A stretch of 64,000 nucleotides of DNA from a virus: the IMG/VR virus record IMGVR_UViG_2974543594_000001, positions 6,679-70,678 of that record, one strand, 5' to 3'. Shown in pieces: positions 1-9,539 of the stretch. The notes below the pieces were generated by a model, which had not been told where the DNA came from, searched no databases, and saw only the letters and a list, made by a program, of their open reading frames with translations. The position numbers were made by a program, and so were the translations under genes. Each line of letters begins with the position of its first letter. Within the stretch, counting starts at the first letter, position 1.

Positions 1-167
1 GAGAGACGTACCATCTTTAACAAATGTTCGCAGCATAAGTTTAAGTTGTAGATTGGATAATGAGTCCGTTACAACCTAGTACGCCTCTCATCTAAGTATC
101 TTCATTTCTCTGTGGGATTTACTATATATTACTTATATTCTAATTGTAAACCGTCTTGGAGATAGAT

Positions 168-866
168 ATGTCTACTCAACTTAGTATTGAACAGTTTAAA
201 GCTGTAATGCCTTCAAATCACAAGGGAAATATTAACCAAGAGTTAATGGATAAGATTAATCAGGTACTTTCAGACCCCATGATGGGTGAAGTACTGAGAG
301 ATAATCTTATGTCTTACACTCATGTGATGAAGGAAGGCAGGTTTAAGATTGAAGATTATTTATCCGCAGTGAAGTATGTGAGTTTCAAGTTAATGGGCTG
401 CACTAACTTCGAGTCTTACATCAAAACATTCCCTGACCGATACCAAAACTTCTTAAATAATAATGTCCCTACCAAAGATATTCACTGTTATGTATCTGCC
501 TACAACAAGAACAAGTTAGTTAATCTCATCTATGAACAGACTCTGGTTCCTACCCACGTTCTGAATGCTGATGTGTTCCAGAAAGCAATCAACGTACAGG
601 CTGATTTGATGTTGAATGCTAAGAGTGAAAAGGTTAGAACGGATGCAGCTAACTCTCTGCTTAATCATTTGAAACGCCCTGAAGCCAGCAAGATTGAATT
701 GAACGTAGGTCTTCAGGAAGGTGGAGTAATCAGTGAACTCAGAGAAATTACTTCTAAATTAGCTGCGAAGCAGCGCCAACTCATTGAGGGTGGTTCCTAC
801 AGTGCTCAAGAAATTGCTCATTCCAAGTTAACAATTGATGGAGAATCAGAACGTGTCGATGAATAA
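168..866 (+). CDS. hypothetical protein, possible small terminase subunit (upstream of and overlapping terL)
   Basis: Track ORF 156..866 begins with TTG. In-frame ATG at 168 has a GGAG 6 nt upstream. 3' end overlaps the terL start, as in TerS-TerL pairs. Assignment by position only. Confidence 0.35.
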   Translation: MSTQLSIEQFKAVMPSNHKGNINQELMDKINQVLSDPMMGEVLRDNLMSYTHVMKEGRFKIEDYLSAVKYVSFKLMGCTNFESYIKTFPDRYQNFLNNNVPTKDIHCYVSAYNKNKLVNLIYEQTLVPTHVLNADVFQKAINVQADLMLNAKSEKVRTDAANSLLNHLKRPEASKIELNVGLQEGGVISELREITSKLAAKQRQLIEGGSYSAQEIAHSKLTIDGESERVDE

Positions 867-2460
867 AGAAGACCCAATGGTTAAACAGTCTGTTGAGGAG
901 TGGCTCAACTCAGTTGATTATGCCGCCCTCAATGGTAATAACTACGTTCCTTCTGTATTCGCTATTAACTATGTCAACTTTATCAAGTTGGTTAATGGTG
1001 AAGGTGGGGAATCTAACCTTACTCCAGTAGTTCATCTTAAGATGCTTGATGAATTGGCAGGTAAACGTACTCGATTAGCTAATCTTTGCTCTCGTGGTAT
1101 GGCTAAAACTACCCTGTTTGGTGAGTATCTCGTCCTGTATATCGCCCTATATGGGGAGATTGATGGATTTGGTGATATCGAAGGTATGATTTATATCTCT
1201 GACTCTATGGAGAACGGGGTAAAATCACTAAGAAAGAACATCGAATACCGCTATAACAACTCTGAATTCCTTCAGAAGTATATTCCAGAGGCTAAATTCA
1301 CTGATGCTTACATGGAATTTACTAATGCCGATGGGCATAAGTTAGGTGTTCGTATGTTCGGTGCTAAGACTGGCTTACGTGGTACCAAAATTTTTGGTAA
1401 ACGTCCTGTTTTAGCTGTATTGGATGACCTTGTTAGTGATGATGATGCTAAATCTAAGTCAACTATGCAGGCCATCAAGGATACTGTATACAAAGGTGTC
1501 GATTATGCTTTGGACCCTACTCGTAGAAAGATTGTTTTCAGTGGCACACCCTTTAACAAAAACGATATTCTTTATGAAGCAGTGGAATCTGGTGGTTGGT
1601 ACGTCAACGTATTCCCCATTTGTGAGAAATTCCCTTGTTCGAGAGAAGAATTCGTAGGTGCTTGGGAAGACCGCTTTTCATATGACTTCGTTAAGAGCCA
1701 ATATGACCTTGCTGTAGCTACTGGGCAGGTGGCTGCATTCAATCAGGAACTGATGTTGAGGATTACCTCTGATGAAGAAAGGCTTGTACTGGAATCTGAT
1801 ATCCAGTGGTACAAGCGTAAGTCTCTTTTACTGAACAGAGGTATGTTCAATTTCTATATCACTACTGACTTTGCCACCAGCGAGAAACAATCAGCTGACT
1901 ATTCGGTTATCTCTGTATGGGCAATCAATAGCAATGGTGATTGGTTCTGGGTTGATGGTATCTGTCGTCGTCAGCTGATGAACAAGAACTTTGATGACCT
2001 GTTCAGATTGGTAGTTGAGTATCAGCCTCAGTCAGTTGGTATTGAAGTTACTGGCCAGCAGGGTGGATTCATCTCCTTGTTACGTGATGAGATGATGAAC
2101 AGGAACATCTGGTTTAACTTTGCTTCCGATGGGAATAACAACAAGCCAGGTATCAGACCTAACACCAATAAAATGGTGAGATTCAACTCAGTATTGCCTT
2201 GGTTCAAGGCTGGTAAGTTCTTTTTCCCTGAAGAATTAAAAGACGAGAAGATTATGTTGGAAGCTATGGATGAGCTTCGATTAGCTACTGTAGAGGGCTT
2301 TAAATCAAAGCATGACGACTTTATTGATACGATTAGTATGTTGTCATGCCTGAAGGTTTGGAAGCCTTCGCAGGCTTCTGGAGGCTCTATCCAAGAGGAT
2401 AGTGTGTGGGATATGCCTACTCCTTCTCCAGACAATGGAATTGATAGTTATCTCGTCTAA
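838..2460 (+). CDS. terminase large subunit (N4 gp68-like)
   Basis: 541 aa. T7/N4-type TerL architecture and length. Sits at the head of the structural module. ATG at 838; track start 835 is TTG. Confidence 0.8.
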   Translation: MENQNVSMNKEDPMVKQSVEEWLNSVDYAALNGNNYVPSVFAINYVNFIKLVNGEGGESNLTPVVHLKMLDELAGKRTRLANLCSRGMAKTTLFGEYLVLYIALYGEIDGFGDIEGMIYISDSMENGVKSLRKNIEYRYNNSEFLQKYIPEAKFTDAYMEFTNADGHKLGVRMFGAKTGLRGTKIFGKRPVLAVLDDLVSDDDAKSKSTMQAIKDTVYKGVDYALDPTRRKIVFSGTPFNKNDILYEAVESGGWYVNVFPICEKFPCSREEFVGAWEDRFSYDFVKSQYDLAVATGQVAAFNQELMLRITSDEERLVLESDIQWYKRKSLLLNRGMFNFYITTDFATSEKQSADYSVISVWAINSNGDWFWVDGICRRQLMNKNFDDLFRLVVEYQPQSVGIEVTGQQGGFISLLRDEMMNRNIWFNFASDGNNNKPGIRPNTNKMVRFNSVLPWFKAGKFFFPEELKDEKIMLEAMDELRLATVEGFKSKHDDFIDTISMLSCLKVWKPSQASGGSIQEDSVWDMPTPSPDNGIDSYLV

Positions 2461-2509
2461 TTGTTGTTTATAATGTGGTGGATGTTTACCCTTTGACTGA
2501 GACCACATT

Positions 2510-3217
2510 ATGAAATTGAGTGACCTTTTTCAGATGTTATCAACAGGGGAGTTAAACCAACTTAATGTGGGGAATACGGGTAATGGTATCAGAGCAAAAG
2601 ATTACCCTAAAGTTATCACCCAGATTAATCTTGGTTTAACTGACCTGCATTCCCGCTTTCCTTTAAGAGAAGGACAAGTAACCATTCAAATGTATGAGCA
2701 CATTTCTCATTACTATCTGAGGAGACAATTTGCTCAGACAAATCAAGACTCTCAAGAGAAATACAAGTATATTGAGGACAGTCGATTCTATCCATTCCAA
2801 GAGAATGTGATTAGAGTTGAACGAGTAACTAATGAAGTAGGGTATGAATTACAATTAAACAATGATGCAATGTGTTGCGAACTCTTCACACCATCTTTTG
2901 ATTGTATTCAAGTAATTAGACCTATTGATACCAATGCTTTGTTTGTAACGTATCGGGCTAATCACGATTGGATTCCTACTGACACTACAGACCCTAACAC
3001 TGTTGAAGTTGTTCTTCCAGCAAGCCATGTAAAAGCATTATGCTATTTTGTAGCAGCCGCTTTTTACTCAATGATGCCTAGTGATGGAGCAACCCAGAAG
3101 GGTGTAGAGTGGAATGTTAAGTATGAGGCTGAGTGTTCTAAGATTGAAGAACTTGACTTAGACAACGCTAGTCTGAATTCTACAAATGTGAAACCTTGTT
3201 TAAGAGGATGGGTATAA
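2510..3217 (+). CDS. hypothetical virion/tail protein
   Basis: 235 aa ORF between terL and tail spike. Its stop TAA overlaps the ATG of the next gene (TAATG). Confidence 0.4.
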   Translation: MKLSDLFQMLSTGELNQLNVGNTGNGIRAKDYPKVITQINLGLTDLHSRFPLREGQVTIQMYEHISHYYLRRQFAQTNQDSQEKYKYIEDSRFYPFQENVIRVERVTNEVGYELQLNNDAMCCELFTPSFDCIQVIRPIDTNALFVTYRANHDWIPTDTTDPNTVEVVLPASHVKALCYFVAAAFYSMMPSDGATQKGVEWNVKYEAECSKIEELDLDNASLNSTNVKPCLRGWV

Positions 3218-6200
3218 TGTCTACACCTCCAGTTAACTCTTGCAATTCAAGTGCAGGATTGATTGAGAAGTATATCAACTCTGCCTATGACAATGTTAAG
3301 GCTGTTGCAGATAACTTGGATTATCTGGACCAGATTTATCAATTCTTACTTCAGTATGGATTGATTACAAACATTGCTATTAAAGCTCCTGTCCAGGCAG
3401 TGGCTACATCTCCTATTACTTTGTCTGGTAATCAGGTACTGACCTGGTCTGCCCATTCAGGTGATTACTCAGTGTTTGCAACTACAGGCATGAGAGTTTT
3501 AGTTTTAGCTCAGACTAATCCTGTAGAGAATGGCATCTATGATGTTAAAAATAATGCCTGGACTCGTTCAGTAGACTTTGATGGTCCAAAAGATGTAGTT
3601 GATGGGACTCTTGTTTTTTCTTCTCAAGGCGATGTATGGCAAGTAGATGGTCCTCAGTATTCTTTAGTTCCTGGTACTGACCCAATTATTTTTAAAGATA
3701 TTGATTTATTTGCTTATGAAGCTTTGAGAGAAGCTACAGAAAAAGCTCAAGAAGCTGCTGCCAGCGCTGCTGCTGCATTGGCTTCAGAGCAAGCAGCTAA
3801 AGTATCAGAGAATAGTGCAGCCAGTTCTGAAACCAATGCAAGTAATAGTGCTGCTGCTGCCGCTATCTCTGAGACCAATGCTAAGGTGTCTGAGAATGCA
3901 GCTAAGGTATCCGAGAATAATGCAAAAGCTTCTCAGGTAGCAGCTCAGAACTCAGCTTCATTAGCTGAGAGTGTTACCAACAATACTCTGACTTTTGCTA
4001 CAACTGCTGCTGGTATTGCAGGCACAACTAATGGACAGTACTTCCGTGTTCCTCAAGGAAGTGGTGCTACTTTATCTTTTATCTACTATCTGAATAGTTC
4101 TGGTACTGCTCAGGTAGTAGCTGAGATGCCAGGTAAAGGAGCCATTACTAACAATATTAGAAGTTATAGTTCTTTAGCTGTAGCTCAAGCTGACGTAACA
4201 GCAGGGAACATCTTAAATAGTGGATATTGTTATGTCAGAAGTACAGAGGATTCGACTCTAGTAAATGAGTACCAAAACCAATCTGGTACATTGGTTGCTA
4301 CTGGGAAATCAATACCATCTAATGAGGCGTATGACCAGCTCACGGATGACGTGGCGGGAGCTCTGGAGGATATTGAGCAAATCAACAAAACAATGGTGTT
4401 GAAAGATATCGTTCAGACTATTTTCAACTATAGAGATAAGCTGGGCTATCGCCTCTTTTACGCCTTGACGGATGGCGAGTTTGGCACGAAGTTCACCACT
4501 ATCAAACGTAACGGCGTCTACCTAAAAGACCTGACAGTAGCCGTTGATAGTGATGGCTCCGATGTTTATATACAGAACAAACTGGGTCAACGTGTATATA
4601 TCATAAAAGATGGGGTAGTAGCACCCGGGTCTCTTAAGGTTGATGAGGATGGGGCATTCGGTACTGATGCGGCCCACCTTAGCTCAAAAGGTATTAGCTT
4701 TCTCTCAGGTTCCGCCAAAGTCGAAGTCACTGATGGTCCCGAGTTCTTAAAGGTATCCGATAAGCTCGGTAGAGTTAAAACCATCATCGACCACAATGGC
4801 AAGTTGGCTAGCGATGTCATCCCCGAGGACACCGCCTCAACCCACCTAGACAATTTAAACTCGTACAACTTAAACTATTACAGTAAGGTGAGAAGCGAGT
4901 ACAACGCGGATATAGAAAGAGCCGTATTCGCCCTGTCATGGATTTTGGTCTATGGGCAATCCCTGTCCACATCTCAAGAGGGCTTCCCTGCTCTTTCAAA
5001 AGAGGTCTACAGCAACCTCTCTAACCTGATGTTAGGGGACAGTTCTCGACCAAATTCTCGCACAGCCGCGAATTTCGTGCCTGTGGGTAGCCCTGTCCTC
5101 AACCCATTGAAAGCGGTCGTGCAGACGTCGTCTGGCAATGCAATCATGAGTGATTCCGCTGTGGCCGCTCTGGCTGCTGGGTCGCCCAATGAGGGTGAGG
5201 GGGCCGAAGGTTGCGTGAACATGTTCCGCTCCATGTTCCTTCGTCAATTGGGTCTGCTAAAGGACGACACTCGTCGGCTGGTCTTGTCGAACTGTGGTGT
5301 TAACGGCAGAACAATTGAGGCACTATCCAAGGGGGCCAGCCCGGAGCTATACAACAGGGTCAGGGAAGCATATACCCAAATCAAGGCCATCGCCGACTCA
5401 GGCAATATGAGCTTTGGGCTGGCCGCCATCTGCTTCTTGCAGGGCGAATGGAACTACACAACGGCTTATGGCGGGAACAATACCCGTGAAGGTTATAAGG
5501 TTCTTCAAAGACAGCTAAAAGAAGACTTGATTTCTGATTTTGCCCAGAACCAGTATCCACCAGCTATGTATACTTATCAGACCTCTGGTGCTTATACAAG
5601 TGACGCTAACGAGTTAGCAATTGGTATGGCTCAATTAGATTTAGCTCTTGAAAAAACAGGCACGTATGGTGTTACACCATCATATCCTTTTCCTGATAAA
5701 GGTGGTCATTTAACATCCAACGGATATCGCTGGATGTGGATGCACTTTGCTAAAGTAATGTTTCGGACGTTAGTTTTAGGTCAAGGTTGGGAGCCACTTC
5801 ATTGTATTAGCGCTGAAACAAGTAAAAACATTTCTTATCTTAACTACGCTGTTCCTTACCCGCCGTTGAAGTGGGGCAAACCTTATGTCGGCAGAACTGC
5901 CACGGACTATACCAACAAGGGGTATCGTGCGACCGACGATGCCGGAACCCTGCCCATATCCTCGGTTGAAATCGTCCGGGACACTGTGGTTAAAATAACC
6001 TACAGTAGAAACGCTGTTGGTACTGTGAAAATTTGGTATGCGGATAAAACAACGCATAATGGCAATGGCTGCTTAATGGATTCCGACCCTTTCATAGCTA
6101 CTGAGAACTATGTCTATGTAGAAGGCTCGGGCCAATATGCGGATGAAAACATCGCCGAATTGGTTGATAAACCTTATCCTTTAAACAATTGGGCCTGGGC

Positions 6201-6234
6201 TCAAGTAATCTATTCTACTGTTAACGGAGAGTAA
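3217..6234 (+). CDS. tail spike/fiber with Ala/Ser-rich coiled N-terminus and SGNH (sialate O-acetylesterase-like) esterase domain
   Basis: ATG at 3217 with AAGAGG 9 nt upstream. SEN(A)AK repeats from aa 190-260. GQS(L) block, GGNN block and DKGGH (DxxH) blocks resemble SGNH/SASA esterases. GC rises sharply from about nt 4325. Confidence 0.6.
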   Translation: MSTPPVNSCNSSAGLIEKYINSAYDNVKAVADNLDYLDQIYQFLLQYGLITNIAIKAPVQAVATSPITLSGNQVLTWSAHSGDYSVFATTGMRVLVLAQTNPVENGIYDVKNNAWTRSVDFDGPKDVVDGTLVFSSQGDVWQVDGPQYSLVPGTDPIIFKDIDLFAYEALREATEKAQEAAASAAAALASEQAAKVSENSAASSETNASNSAAAAAISETNAKVSENAAKVSENNAKASQVAAQNSASLAESVTNNTLTFATTAAGIAGTTNGQYFRVPQGSGATLSFIYYLNSSGTAQVVAEMPGKGAITNNIRSYSSLAVAQADVTAGNILNSGYCYVRSTEDSTLVNEYQNQSGTLVATGKSIPSNEAYDQLTDDVAGALEDIEQINKTMVLKDIVQTIFNYRDKLGYRLFYALTDGEFGTKFTTIKRNGVYLKDLTVAVDSDGSDVYIQNKLGQRVYIIKDGVVAPGSLKVDEDGAFGTDAAHLSSKGISFLSGSAKVEVTDGPEFLKVSDKLGRVKTIIDHNGKLASDVIPEDTASTHLDNLNSYNLNYYSKVRSEYNADIERAVFALSWILVYGQSLSTSQEGFPALSKEVYSNLSNLMLGDSSRPNSRTAANFVPVGSPVLNPLKAVVQTSSGNAIMSDSAVAALAAGSPNEGEGAEGCVNMFRSMFLRQLGLLKDDTRRLVLSNCGVNGRTIEALSKGASPELYNRVREAYTQIKAIADSGNMSFGLAAICFLQGEWNYTTAYGGNNTREGYKVLQRQLKEDLISDFAQNQYPPAMYTYQTSGAYTSDANELAIGMAQLDLALEKTGTYGVTPSYPFPDKGGHLTSNGYRWMWMHFAKVMFRTLVLGQGWEPLHCISAETSKNISYLNYAVPYPPLKWGKPYVGRTATDYTNKGYRATDDAGTLPISSVEIVRDTVVKITYSRNAVGTVKIWYADKTTHNGNGCLMDSDPFIATENYVYVEGSGQYADENIAELVDKPYPLNNWAWAQVIYSTVNGE

Positions 6235-6236
6235 TT

Positions 6237-6977
6237 ATGTCACTTGTATTTTATTCAGATAACGCTTTTTCTCAAATATCTGACCCGGACGAATATGTGC
6301 CTCCGTTTGATACTACGGGTTTAATGCGTGCGGAAATTTTCGCCCTTACGGGTATTGGGAGCAATCTGATGCCTGGCCAGCCAGACTCTGTTGTTATCGG
6401 TTCACCATCAATGGTTCCGGGCACCCCCTATGCGTCTTTCGCAAATAACGCAAGTATTGCTAATCTTGATTTAAGGATGCCTGACTCGGACCAACAAACA
6501 TGGCTTTTGGTGTGGAACCCGGCCGGCAGTTCACTCCAGCGTTTGATTATGTCGTCCTATGGTTCATCTGGAGGGAGCTCCCTTTTATTTGATGAATTCG
6601 GTAAATTAGCGGCCGCTATTGGTTATAAAACAATCAGCACCGGTGCAACTGCTGTCAAGTATGGAGTTCTATCACAAGCTCTGCCAGCAGGTGTTTCGTT
6701 TCTTTCACTGGTTATGAATGGAAAGACTTTTACAACCAAGAATCATACTTACAACAATGCCGCCACGGTTACATTGACTTCTGACCAGCAGCTTAACCCG
6801 GGTGTTTCCATTCACGTTGGTAAAGGTGCTACATCTTTATGGGGTCAGGCTGCGGCGACTAATCAAATTGCAGCCTATATGGTCTTTAACCGCGTATTGT
6901 CGGATTCTGAAATTGAAACAATTCGTCAGTATCTTTTAAGTAATATCCAGGGTGTCTATCCTGATATTACATTTTAA
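6237..6977 (+). CDS. tail fiber-associated protein (second receptor-binding or assembly component)
   Basis: 246 aa. Starts 3 nt after the tail spike stop. Same elevated GC as the spike C-terminus. Confidence 0.35.
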   Translation: MSLVFYSDNAFSQISDPDEYVPPFDTTGLMRAEIFALTGIGSNLMPGQPDSVVIGSPSMVPGTPYASFANNASIANLDLRMPDSDQQTWLLVWNPAGSSLQRLIMSSYGSSGGSSLLFDEFGKLAAAIGYKTISTGATAVKYGVLSQALPAGVSFLSLVMNGKTFTTKNHTYNNAATVTLTSDQQLNPGVSIHVGKGATSLWGQAAATNQIAAYMVFNRVLSDSEIETIRQYLLSNIQGVYPDITF

Positions 6978-7062
6978 GAATAAACGTGGCGACACGTCGG
7001 GCGGGTACTTCTCCGGCCTTCCAAGAGGAGGGCCAAATTAAAGGTTTTGGATTTGAAAATAA

Positions 7063-7083
7063 CCCCTCCTAAGAGGGGTTTTT
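7063..7083. terminator. bidirectional intrinsic terminator between convergent tail and lysis units
   Basis: CCCCTC-ctaa-GAGGGG hairpin flanked by an A-run upstream and TTTTTATTT downstream. Overlaps the 3' end of ORF 7069..7386. Confidence 0.6.
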
Positions 7084-7386
7084 ATTTGATAACTCTTTAA
7101 TCTCACCAAGGTCTTGTTCTAATGCTGAGTAAAAGAAGTTCAACTTACCGATAGGTATTGGTGCTCTTTTAATAATAGTTAGTATGTGACGGACTCTTGG
7201 TGACTCAATTCTCTTAAGCATCTCATCGATACCTCGACGTAATGCTATATTTGAATTGTTAAATAGAACATTAAGATACAAGGTTAGTAGTGCATCTGGA
7301 TACTCATATATACCTACATCATCTCTGAATTCCTGTTTAGGTAATTCACCATTACGTTCTCTGCGAAGATATGTTTTAACTCTCAT
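7069..7386 (-). CDS. hypothetical protein
   Basis: 105 aa ORF at the end of the inverted lysis unit. Confidence 0.4.
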   Translation of the reverse strand: MRVKTYLRRERNGELPKQEFRDDVGIYEYPDALLTLYLNVLFNNSNIALRRGIDEMLKRIESPRVRHILTIIKRAPIPIGKLNFFYSALEQDLGEIKELSNKNPS

Positions 7387-7570
7387 GACTAATCTCCACA
7401 GCTCGTTGAGCTAGTGCTTCCATCTGAGAAGCCACATAGAAGAATGCCTCTTCATCATAGGCTTCTGAATAGTTATCTGAGAGTCGTCTTAGGTTAGCTA
7501 TCTTCATGGCTTCTAATTCAGCCTGTAAGGCACCTAGACGGCATTGAATCTCTACTAGTTGAGCGTTCAT
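7376..7570 (-). CDS. hypothetical protein
   Basis: 64 aa ORF with GGAG 7 nt before the ATG. Confidence 0.4.
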   Translation of the reverse strand: MNAQLVEIQCRLGALQAELEAMKIANLRRLSDNYSEAYDEEAFFYVASQMEALAQRAVEISHES

Positions 7571-7578
7571 ATTAACTC

Positions 7579-7603
7579 CAATTAAAAAGGCCCCGTAGGG
7601 CCT
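7579..7603 (-). terminator. intrinsic terminator (minus strand)
   Basis: AAGGCCC-uacg-GGGCCUU followed by UUUUUAAUU on the minus strand, 25 nt upstream of the next start. Confidence 0.5.
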
Positions 7604-7652
7604 TAGAGAACGTTATACGGATATAGCATTAATTAGGGGAATACCACTGCTC

Positions 7653-7667
7653 ACTCCCGAAGGGAGT
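7653..7667 (-). promoter_or_regulatory. C-GAA-G triloop hairpin (ACTCCC-GAA-GGGAGT) abutting the spanin stop codon
   Basis: Same core (CCGAAGG) and same strand sense as the early-region GAA-triloop hairpins. About 83 nt upstream of the 7570 start. Confidence 0.3.
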
Positions 7668-8215
7668 TATTTCTTTGTTTGGTCATTGATTCTAGTATTC
7701 TTAGATTCCTCCACCTTACGTATGTAGTCCTGTAGATAATCTAATTTAGCTTGGTCTTCGATTATTCCTCTTCGGATACCGAGAATGTTTCGTCCAGCAG
7801 TTGCAGAGAGTTCGAGTGAGGTTCCATCGCCCATGCTGCTGGTCTTTGCTCCTGTACTTCTGGAGAGCTTACAGGTTGCAAGGTTGGCTTCTGCAAAGAG
7901 CACCCTGCGTTTACCAGAAGCAACATCAGCAGTGAGCTTATCGTTAGCATCTTTTTCATGTTGAAGTTCCTGATATTTTTTAGCATCTAAATCAGCTAAG
8001 TCTTTTTGAAGTTTGTTATTACGGTCTACTTCATTACCTAGTTTAAATGCTGCTTCATCTGATATAGATTTCAGTTTCCCATCATATGAAGACTTCTGTG
8101 TAGCAAGCGCAGTCTCATAATGGTTACTGGTGATATACCAAGATAAAAAAGCTCCCACCAAGATGAGAGCTAGAGCAATTAAACCAAGCTTAATTAACTT
8201 GACTTTATCAATCAT
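7667..8215 (-). CDS. i-spanin (Rz-like)
   Basis: 182 aa with an N-terminal TM helix then a periplasmic charged/coiled region. Contains an embedded out-of-frame lipoprotein ORF. Confidence 0.6.
   Translation of the reverse strand: MIDKVKLIKLGLIALALILVGAFLSWYITSNHYETALATQKSSYDGKLKSISDEAAFKLGNEVDRNNKLQKDLADLDAKKYQELQHEKDANDKLTADVASGKRRVLFAEANLATCKLSRSTGAKTSSMGDGTSLELSATAGRNILGIRRGIIEDQAKLDYLQDYIRKVEESKNTRINDQTKK
7762..7986 (-). CDS. o-spanin (Rz1-like) embedded in Rz
   Basis: 74 aa. Signal peptide with lipobox LLVNAGC. Pro-rich mature part. Lies entirely within the Rz frame. Confidence 0.55.
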   Translation of the reverse strand: MLKNIRNFNMKKMLTISSLLMLLLVNAGCSLQKPTLQPVSSPEVQEQRPAAWAMEPHSNSLQLLDETFSVSEEE

Positions 8216-8223
8216 GTGTTACC

Positions 8224-8715
8224 TCACAATGATTTAACTGCTCGACCAATGGACTCAGCTTCAGACCAAGTCTTGCCATCAAACAGAGCAAGACGTCCTA
8301 CAGCTCTACGGTATACACCGAGAGTAGGTACTCCATCTTGATTTCTGAATTGAGGAAGTTTGGTTCTGAGGGTTGCTACGTCACCTTCTCTAACTGCTTT
8401 ACCTGTTCCTGTACCTGCTGCCACAGCTTTAGGTCCAACATTAAAGATAAGGTCACAGATAGCATCAAACTGAGACTGGTTAAATTTCTTACTGGCAATG
8501 GAATCAGCCAACTGAACAGCTTCATCCATATCTTTATTAAGTAAGGCTAAGGCACCATCAGCAGTGATGGTATCTCCTGGTTTAACATCTGAACCATAGT
8601 GGCCATAACCAATGGTTAGGTACTTTTCCTTAGAGGTAGCTCTATAGGCTCTGGTTCTGAGTTGTTCCCAAGCTGCTGTGAACCTCAGCCCATTCTGTGA
8701 CATGGTTCTACTCAT
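8224..8715 (-). CDS. endolysin, GH24 (T4 lysozyme-like) muramidase
   Basis: 163 aa. E...YLTIGYGH segment matches the phage lysozyme catalytic region. Confidence 0.6.
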   Translation of the reverse strand: MSRTMSQNGLRFTAAWEQLRTRAYRATSKEKYLTIGYGHYGSDVKPGDTITADGALALLNKDMDEAVQLADSIASKKFNQSQFDAICDLIFNVGPKAVAAGTGTGKAVREGDVATLRTKLPQFRNQDGVPTLGVYRRAVGRLALFDGKTWSEAESIGRAVKSL

Positions 8716-9014
8716 TTAAATTCCACCTTTACGAATCTAGCAATATTGCCTCTAGAGCCTACAACACCGATTAGTACAGTTCCATTGACAATCACTTCCC
8801 ATATATCAACATGGGTGTAGTGTTTCATCAGGATTCTGATACCAATAGCTGCTGTAGCTACTATGAGGATGTAAGCCAAGAATGAGTAGATAACTTTGTG
8901 TTGTGCAGAACCTTGTCTGAAGCACATCAGACGGAATGAAATACCAAAGCAGATAACTGCATTGAGAATCTCAAGTGGCCCTAACGACCTTAAGTAATCA
9001 ACGATGACCATCAC
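8712..9014 (-). CDS. membrane protein, putative holin/antiholin
   Basis: 100 aa with 2-3 TM segments. Overlaps the endolysin start. Confidence 0.4.
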   Translation of the reverse strand: MMVIVDYLRSLGPLEILNAVICFGISFRLMCFRQGSAQHKVIYSFLAYILIVATAAIGIRILMKHYTHVDIWEVIVNGTVLIGVVGSRGNIARFVKVEFK

Positions 9015-9385
9015 TGAGTTCCTCCCGTTGGTGAATCGGGAATCTTTGCTTTTGCAATCAGACTTAGGATTAGTTTAATAGCTACCGCAGAAGCTACAAA
9101 TGCTCCAACTGAAAGGTCCACAGTAATATCTGTTCTAGTGAGAGCTGAAGTAACAGCACTCATTATCTTAGATGCATACTCTGAACCAATTATTCCCACT
9201 ACAAAAGAGATTAAGAAAAAACTTAATCTTTTAAATAGGGGAATGTCTGAATTGGTCAATACATAGACCACTGCACCAGCAAATGAACCAATGATGACCC
9301 CAGGTGGGATACCTGCCCAATAAGACAGTAGAGTAGTAGCACCCAAACCTGTCGTGATAGCAGTTCCTGAAACTGGCTCATGCAT
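9011..9385 (-). CDS. putative holin (multi-TM small membrane protein)
   Basis: Internal ATG at 9385 preceded by GGAGG with a 7-nt spacer. 125 aa with about 3 TM segments. The longer 191-aa track ORF is an upstream extension with no RBS. Confidence 0.45.
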   Translation of the reverse strand: MHEPVSGTAITTGLGATTLLSYWAGIPPGVIIGSFAGAVVYVLTNSDIPLFKRLSFFLISFVVGIIGSEYASKIMSAVTSALTRTDITVDLSVGAFVASAVAIKLILSLIAKAKIPDSPTGGTQ

Positions 9386-9539
9386 TTGAAAGCCTCCAAT
9401 ACTCTTCTTAAGAAGTGAGTAAAGAATACAATAGATACACTTAAAAAGATTAGATAAATATGGAGACACGCAGCAAACTAAGTTCAGAAATGCATCAAAA
9501 CATATATACTGCTTGCAAAGTAACTGAGGGATAACCGAA

